A stretch of 32,000 bases of DNA from Synechocystis sp. PCC 6803 substr. PCC-P (lineage in GTDB: Bacteria > Cyanobacteriota > Cyanobacteriia > Cyanobacteriales > Microcystaceae), in the NCBI RefSeq assembly GCF_000284455.1, contig NC_017039.1:1710001-1742000 (forward strand), given 5' to 3'. Positions 26,366-32,000 of this stretch are shown here, one piece after another; positions within the stretch are counted from its first letter, which is position 1, and each line of letters starts with the position of its first letter. A model generated the notes under the pieces. It was not told the origin of the DNA, did not search any database, and saw only the letters and a program-made list of their open reading frames with translations. The translations under genes and the position numbers were made by a program.

Positions 26366-27145
26366 TTAAAGATATCGGGTTAATTGGATGCGATAGCGTT
26401 CCTTTTTGGTGACTGTAATCTCGCCTATTTCTAGCCTACCTTTCCCACGATAGGTGACTAAATCTCCCGCTTTGAGGGCATAGCTCGACTGGGTGACGGG
26501 CTTCCAATTGACCTGCACATTGCCCTGGGTGACCGCATCGGCCATTTTACTGCGGGACAAACCAAACCCTGCTGAAGCAATGGCATCTAAGCGCAGGGAA
26601 GCTTCCACCGTAGTCATTTCTTTGGTTTTAGGCGGGCGAATTTTTAACTCTTCCAGGGCGATCGCCTTAGCTTTAACTGGTACAGTACGCACCTGGGTTA
26701 AATGAAGACTGATGAATTCCGCTACCTCCGGCACCACGATCGCCTGGGCTCCCCTTTCTCCCAACAGAATAATATCCCCCACTTTTTCCCTTACTAACCC
26801 GGTGCCCAACAAAGCCCCCAAAAAGTCCCGATGGCTAGCGGGGTCAAAGAGAAAATTACCCGCCACATCCAATGCAGTGAGGGGTATCTGCTCCGTTTCT
26901 AATGGTATTTCTGCCCTAGCAATGGCCAGTCTCTGCCGTTCCGCTTGGGGATAGCCCCCCCAGGGTAAAAAATGTAATTCCGTCAGGGAATCAAAACGGG
27001 TTTGAATTTCCGCAATCAGGGGCGGCGCACAAAAATCAGACACCACCACTTCCCAGGTACGCAGGGCCTGTTCCGCCTGGTCAATTACCCTGGCGATCGC
27101 CTCCCGGTCTGGGGCCCCCTTTAACAAAGCTTCTCTTGGTAACAT
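26366..27145 (-). CDS. S4-domain RNA-binding protein (photosystem II S4-domain protein / YlmH-like), 259 aa
   Basis: The C-terminal S4 motif is ...LRLDAIASAGFGLSRSKMADAVTQGNVQVNWKPV... The length and N-terminal region are typical of the cyanobacterial YlmH-like family. Confidence 0.75.
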   Translation of the reverse strand: MLPREALLKGAPDREAIARVIDQAEQALRTWEVVVSDFCAPPLIAEIQTRFDSLTELHFLPWGGYPQAERQRLAIARAEIPLETEQIPLTALDVAGNFLFDPASHRDFLGALLGTGLVREKVGDIILLGERGAQAIVVPEVAEFISLHLTQVRTVPVKAKAIALEELKIRPPKTKEMTTVEASLRLDAIASAGFGLSRSKMADAVTQGNVQVNWKPVTQSSYALKAGDLVTYRGKGRLEIGEITVTKKERYRIQLTRYL

Positions 27146-27211
27146 CGAGCAACGGCATTAGCTAACAAATCATTGTGGCAACTTTGGTGACCGGTTTGTC
27201 AAGGAGCTACA

Positions 27212-28063
27212 ATGCGCCTATGGTTTCGTCCCCCCTACCGTCCCATTCTTCAAACCCCGGCGATGACCCAATCAATTATCTTGGCAGAATTAAGCTCCTG
27301 GCTCCGGCGATCGGGACAAGCAATTTTATTGTTGGGCAACACTTCCTTTCAGCTTTTTACCGGCAAAATTGATGGGCGCAACACCACTCAACAATTGATG
27401 TTTGTTGGCCCCGCTTCCCTCCCCATTACCCTAATTACCGCCGCTGTCATTGGCATGATTTTCACCATCCAGGTAGCAAGGGAATTTTTAGCTTTTGGAG
27501 CAGGCAGTGCTGTGGGGGGGATTTTAATGTTGGCCCTGGGCCGAGAACTATGCCCGATCATGACAGCCGTGGTGGTGGCCGGGCGGGTTGGGTCAGCCTT
27601 TGCCGCCGAAATAGGTACTATGCGGGTGACAGAACAAATTGATGCCCTCTATATGCTCAACACTAACCCGGTGGAATATTTAGTCATTCCTCGACTGTTG
27701 GCCTGTTGCATTATGGTGCCCACTTTGAGTGTGCTGGCTTTAGTAACCGGCATGATGGGGGGAGCGGTAATTTCCAGCAATGTTTATGGCATTGCCAACC
27801 AGGTATTTTTTGAATCCATACAGACCTTTGTTACCCCCTGGGACATATTCTGCGGCCCCGTCAAGGGCATTGTGTTTGGAGTTTTAATCGCCATCATTGG
27901 TTGTAACTGGGGCCTGACTACTAGGGGCGGAGCCAAAGGAGTGGGGGAATCCACCACCGCCGCAGTGGTAACTTCTCTGTTGGCAATTTTTGTGAGTAAC
28001 TTTCTGATGTCTTGGATTATGTTCCAGGGCAGTGGTTCTGGTGCTGTGCTAATGGGGAATTAA
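27212..28063 (+). CDS. MlaE/TGD1-family ABC transporter permease (ycf63-like), 283 aa
   Basis: ...GPASLPITLITAAVIGMIFTIQ...GRVGSAFAAEIGTMRVTEQIDAL... is the conserved MlaE signature. AAGGAG lies 5 nt upstream of the ATG at 27212. Confidence 0.85.
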   Translation: MRLWFRPPYRPILQTPAMTQSIILAELSSWLRRSGQAILLLGNTSFQLFTGKIDGRNTTQQLMFVGPASLPITLITAAVIGMIFTIQVAREFLAFGAGSAVGGILMLALGRELCPIMTAVVVAGRVGSAFAAEIGTMRVTEQIDALYMLNTNPVEYLVIPRLLACCIMVPTLSVLALVTGMMGGAVISSNVYGIANQVFFESIQTFVTPWDIFCGPVKGIVFGVLIAIIGCNWGLTTRGGAKGVGESTTAAVVTSLLAIFVSNFLMSWIMFQGSGSGAVLMGN

Positions 28064-28157
28064 GTACGCACCGCATATTGTTTATTTACTAGAGACCGGC
28101 TAAAAGCGACTAGTGCCAATGGGTAATCACACTTAAGGATGCTTTTCAAACATGCTT

Positions 28158-29048
28158 TCAGTCAAAAACCGGTTCCATCGCAGTTTGCCTAGCCGCCTGG
28201 AGTAAAGCTTGGTAACTGGGCAGGGGCTGGAGGTCAACAAAAGCTGGTTCCCCTTCAATCAAACTTAGGTAGGTGCCTGGATACCATTCCAACACCTTTC
28301 CCAGGGCATAAACTGCATCTGAGTAATTTTTTTGTAGTACTTGGCAAAGGGCAATTTCATACCAGCTATAGTCGTCATCCACTTCCACATCCAACGCCCT
28401 GTGGTAGCAGGCGATCGCCCTTCCATAACGGTAGATTTGTTGCCATAGTTCCCCTTGTCGAAACCAGGCCCAGTAATCATTGGGACGGATTTCCAGGGAT
28501 TTTTTATAGCATTGCAAAGCTTCAGCGTAATGGCCCCAACGGCGAAAACAGTCCGCCTGGCGGTACCAAGACCAAAAATCGTCCTGGCGAATGGTTAACG
28601 TCTGCCGAAAACTGGCGATCGCCGCTTCGTACTGGCCAGAGAGTCGGTAAGATTCCCCCAGACGATAGGTGGCCCAATAATCTTTAGGTAAATAATCTAA
28701 AGCCCGTTGAAAACAAGGGATAGCCTGGGCAAAATCATCAATTTCATTGAGGTACACACAACCCTGGTCGTACCAAGCCCAGTAGTTTTCCGGTTGGATT
28801 TGGCAGGCGTTGTCATAACTTTCTGCCGCATCTCTGTAACGCCCCAAATGCTCCAGGGTAATGCCCCTTTTGTACCAAGCCCAATAATCCCCAGGATAAT
28901 ACTCCAAAGCCCGTTCATAACTGAGGAGGGCATCATTGTATTTCCCCTGTTGCCAGAGGGTATTGCCCTGTTGGTACCAGCCTTTGTAACTATCAGGGCG
29001 GCACTCTAGGGGATTAAAAACAGTACTGCGGGATGGGTGGGAGGGCAT
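28158..29048 (-). CDS. TPR-repeat protein (296 aa) with about seven consecutive W-rich 34-aa repeats
   Basis: Repeats start with (D)YWAWY / YWATY / FWSWY / YWAWF at 34-residue spacing. The remainder has the TPR consensus (..G......G.Y..A...Y..AL...P). Confidence 0.85.
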   Translation of the reverse strand: MPSHPSRSTVFNPLECRPDSYKGWYQQGNTLWQQGKYNDALLSYERALEYYPGDYWAWYKRGITLEHLGRYRDAAESYDNACQIQPENYWAWYDQGCVYLNEIDDFAQAIPCFQRALDYLPKDYWATYRLGESYRLSGQYEAAIASFRQTLTIRQDDFWSWYRQADCFRRWGHYAEALQCYKKSLEIRPNDYWAWFRQGELWQQIYRYGRAIACYHRALDVEVDDDYSWYEIALCQVLQKNYSDAVYALGKVLEWYPGTYLSLIEGEPAFVDLQPLPSYQALLQAARQTAMEPVFD

Positions 29049-29215
29049 GGGAACACGACCAGGGAAAATGGCAACCGTACACCAGTGGGAAAAAACGTCG
29101 GGCTGGCGGCCAACTGAAGAGACTTACCGCCATGTTTAATTCACATACCAGAATTGTACAAACTCCTGGGGCGATCGCCGGATTTATCCATCTTCCTTGT
29201 CAAGATTAGATCACA

Positions 29216-29778
29216 TTACTTAATTAGCCAGCCAAATACTTCTCCCAAATTTAAATCAATGGCCTGGGCAAAGCTTGGCATCAGTAACTTTGACTCCGTT
29301 TCGTCGAAAATTTCTGGCGATCGGCCGGGTTGATAAACAAAGATAGATTGCTCTTTCGGATTAATCAACCAACCCATTTTAGTGCCATTATTCAAGCAAA
29401 ATAAAATATTTTTTACTATTTTTTTTGACTTTGCTCAGGAGACAATATTTCAATCATCCAATTAGGCGGGAGGTAAAAGTTGTCGGCAATTTCTCCATCT
29501 TGATCACAGGGAATATTTTCCCAAGTAAAAACCGCAATATCAGGAACAATAGACCGATTTTCAAAACTGCAACGCAACTCTGTGAATGCCCAAGCAATTT
29601 TTTCCTTTTTCAAGGCCATGTTAATGGCAAATGACAATGCAGTTTGTAAAGTACTGTGTTTTCCTTTTGGCATAGGTTTGGCACTAACTTGCCCATCTCG
29701 ATACTCTAGGGGCGGCTTCTCTTCCGGTAAGGCTAGAAACTCAGTCAGGGTTAGGTTTGTGTTTCCTACTTTCAGCAT
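29216..29778 (-). pseudogene. Uma2 (DUF820) family putative endonuclease split by a -1 frame break at an A8 run
   Basis: The track ORF 29416-29802 ends ...PPNWMIEILSPEQSQKK-TAG. The -1 frame continues IVKNILFCLNNGTKMGWLINPKEQSIFVYQPGRSPEIFDETESKLLMPSFAQAIDLNLGEVFGWLIK-stop (to 29216). That is the expected C-terminal half of Uma2 proteins. T8 on the plus strand lies at 29419-29426. Confidence 0.7.
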
Positions 29779-29861
29779 TTTAGATTCGCCTCGACACTCC
29801 ACCTATTTGCCGTTGAAACCCATTCTAACCCTTTTATTAAGTGCTCAAAAACTAGCCAGAA

Positions 29862-31403
29862 TTACCCCTTATTGTATTTTTTATAAAGTTCAATAATAGT
29901 CTCCACCACCTCGGCAATGGTGAGGTTATCGGTAATAATTTCCACTGCATCCACTGCCTTCTGCAAAGGAGCGATCGCCCTAGTGCTATCAAGATGATCC
30001 CGGTGGGCAATGTCCGCTTCCAATTGGGCTAAATCCACTGCTTGATTACCCTGAGCTTCAAAATCCTTGAGGCGACGGCGGGCTCGTTCCTGAACTGAAG
30101 CGGTGAGGAAAATTTTCAATTCCGCGTTGGGAAAAACCTGGGTGCCAATGTCCCGACCTTCCGCCACAATTCCTCCTTGGTCGCCATACTTCCTTTGTAG
30201 TTTTAGTAACTTGGCTCGAACGGCTCCCTGGGCAGCAATGGTGGAAACCAATTGGGTCACCGCCGGGGTGCGAATGGCATCACTGACATCTTGCCCATTA
30301 ACTTTAACTCCGGTCAATTGGGGGGCAGGACGGGGCATTAGTTCAATCTCCGCACCACTGGTAAGTTCCGCCACCGCTGGTTCATCCTCGGGAGCAATGC
30401 CCTGGTCTAAAATCAGCCAAGCCAAAGCTCGATACATGGCTCCGGTGTCTAAATAGGTCAGACCCAGGCCATCAGCCACCTGTCTGGTAACAGTGGATTT
30501 TCCGGCTCCGGCGGGGCCATCAATGGCAATAATAGGCAGTCGATGATTAAGCACAAGATTATCAATTAAGCGGGTACTACCCACATAGGCGGCGATCGCC
30601 ATTAAAACAGGATTTTGGTCCGGTAATGTTCCAGTGATGGGTTGCAGGGTGTCAGCTTCCACCAATTGCAAATATTGCACCTGGACAGACGGTTCCGCGT
30701 CCAAAACGTCCTGGGTGGCGGTCAACAAAGCAGAAACTTGGCGATCGCCTTGACGATATCGCTGTTGGGCGGCTTGCAAACTGCGGTATAGCACCGTAGC
30801 CTGTTCCTTTTCTATCGGGCTTAAATATTGATTGCGGGAACTCATGGCCAAACCCGATTCCTCGCGCACTGTGGCACAACTGCGGATAGTCACAGTTAAG
30901 TTCAAGTCCTGCACTAGGCGACGAATAATAGCCAATTGTTGGGCATCTTTGGCACCGAAATAAGCCACATCGGGACAAACAATGGTGAACAATTTAGTGA
31001 CGATAGTAGCTACCCCCTGGAAATGGCCGGGACGATGGGCACCGCAGAGAACTTCCGTCATGGCTGGAGGAGGCAGTACCGTAGTTTGATCTCCTTTGGC
31101 ATCAATGCCCAAATCCGTCACCGTCGGGGCAAAAATTACCGCCACCCCCAAAGATTCTGCCCATTGGCGATCGCCGTCGAAGTCCCGGGGATATTTTTCC
31201 AAATCTTCACCGGGGCCAAATTGCAGGGGATTAACGAAAATAGATAACACGACTAAATCCATTTCCGCCACCGCCCGTTTGAGCAGACTGCCATGGCCGG
31301 CGTGGAGAGATCCCATGGTAGGAACTAAGCCCACGGTTTTGCCCCGACCAGCTTGGCGGAGATAGGTTTGTAACCCTGCGATTGTGCGAAAAACCTGCAC
31401 CAT
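29862..31403 (-). CDS. panC: Bifunctional pantoate--beta-alanine ligase / cytidylate kinase (PanC-Cmk fusion), 513 aa
   Basis: The N-terminal PanC part is ...VGLVPTMGSLHAGHGSL...FVNPLQFGP.ED. The C-terminal Cmk part is ...IIAIDGPAGAGKSTV...YLDTGAMYRA. This fusion is well known in cyanobacteria. Confidence 0.95.
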   Translation of the reverse strand: MVQVFRTIAGLQTYLRQAGRGKTVGLVPTMGSLHAGHGSLLKRAVAEMDLVVLSIFVNPLQFGPGEDLEKYPRDFDGDRQWAESLGVAVIFAPTVTDLGIDAKGDQTTVLPPPAMTEVLCGAHRPGHFQGVATIVTKLFTIVCPDVAYFGAKDAQQLAIIRRLVQDLNLTVTIRSCATVREESGLAMSSRNQYLSPIEKEQATVLYRSLQAAQQRYRQGDRQVSALLTATQDVLDAEPSVQVQYLQLVEADTLQPITGTLPDQNPVLMAIAAYVGSTRLIDNLVLNHRLPIIAIDGPAGAGKSTVTRQVADGLGLTYLDTGAMYRALAWLILDQGIAPEDEPAVAELTSGAEIELMPRPAPQLTGVKVNGQDVSDAIRTPAVTQLVSTIAAQGAVRAKLLKLQRKYGDQGGIVAEGRDIGTQVFPNAELKIFLTASVQERARRRLKDFEAQGNQAVDLAQLEADIAHRDHLDSTRAIAPLQKAVDAVEIITDNLTIAEVVETIIELYKKYNKG

Positions 31404-31572
31404 TACTTCTTTGTTATTCTTTGGATTGTGTGCAAACGATGGAGGTCATTAAAACCTTTCCATGGCCGAAGTTTCATTGATATCCCAGACAAATTGCCCC
31501 GCTGTCCTAGACCCCCCGCCGCAAGTCTTCAATGATACAATGGAAGGCTGGAATTCCATCAACGGCGATCGT

Positions 31573-32000
31573 ATGCAAAGACTCATCGAGGGACTACAAA
31601 AATTTCGAGAAGGTTATTTCTCTTCCCACCGTGACCTCTTTGAGCAACTTTCTCACGGCCAACATCCCCGCATTCTCTTCATCTGTTGTTCCGATTCCCG
31701 GGTGGACCCCAATTTAATCACCCAATCGGAAGTGGGCGACCTGTTTGTTATTCGCAACGCTGGCAATATTATTCCCCCCTATGGAGCAGCCAACGGTGGG
31801 GAAGGGGCAGCCATGGAATATGCCCTAGTGGCGCTGGAAATTAATCAGATCATCGTCTGTGGCCATTCCCACTGCGGAGCCATGAAAGGTCTGCTCAAAC
31901 TCAACTCTCTCCAGGAAAAACTTCCTCTGGTGTACGATTGGCTCAAACATACGGAAGCCACCCGCCGTCTAGTTCTAGACAATTACAGCCATCTGGAAGG
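31573..32000 (+). CDS. ccaA: Beta-class carbonic anhydrase (carboxysomal CcaA/IcfA-like); 3' end lies beyond the window
   Basis: MQRLIEGLQKFREGYFSSHRDLFEQLSHGQHPRILFICCSDSRVDP...VIRNAGN...CGHSHCGAMKG. The beta-CA zinc-ligand motifs CxDxR and HxxC are present. It is not on the ORF track because no stop codon is reached. Confidence 0.9.
   Translation, partial: MQRLIEGLQKFREGYFSSHRDLFEQLSHGQHPRILFICCSDSRVDPNLITQSEVGDLFVIRNAGNIIPPYGAANGGEGAAMEYALVALEINQIIVCGHSHCGAMKGLLKLNSLQEKLPLVYDWLKHTEATRRLVLDNYSHLE

Noticed and set aside
1-32000. A window-wide search for CRISPR arrays, rRNA genes, prophage modules, and restriction-modification, toxin-antitoxin or other known defence-system hallmarks.
   Set aside because: No regularly spaced repeat-spacer array and no rRNA-like sequence were seen. 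I found no cas, methyltransferase, terminase or integrase genes, and no paired small-ORF architecture. The Uma2 gene has a nuclease fold but is solitary and disrupted.

Overview
The window reads as a cyanobacterial chromosome segment, very probably Synechocystis sp. PCC 6803 or a close relative. This is recognition-based inference from three things: dense HIP1 octamers (GCGATCGC), ISY100-type and ISY203-type insertion sequences, and the gene order rpe / pacL-like ATPase / ycf3 ... ndhN-tsf-rpsB ... panC-cmk / ccaA. I can support about 30 protein genes. I also support three items that are absent from the ORF track: one tRNA (CAU anticodon), a decayed gene at 17.4-17.9 kb, and a 5'-partial carbonic anhydrase gene at the right edge. 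There are three IS copies and two genes split at poly-A runs. Most of the window is housekeeping: translation, the Calvin cycle, photosystem assembly and cation transport. The only clearly accessory segment is an AT-rich, HIP1-poor islet at about 14.4-19.1 kb, bracketed by two unrelated IS elements. It carries a tight vWA / helical protein / GNAT operon and the decayed gene. I found no CRISPR array, no recognisable defence-system hallmark and no prophage. The best candidates for something uncharacterised are: (1) the vWA operon in the islet; (2) a 942-aa DHH-DHHA1 + CBS + tRNA-nucleotidyltransferase fusion; (3) tandem DUF29 paralogues with mosaic near-identity; (4) two independent -1 frame breaks sitting exactly on A8/A9 runs. 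None of these is proven novel from sequence alone. All coordinates and repeat counts were derived by eye, without tools.
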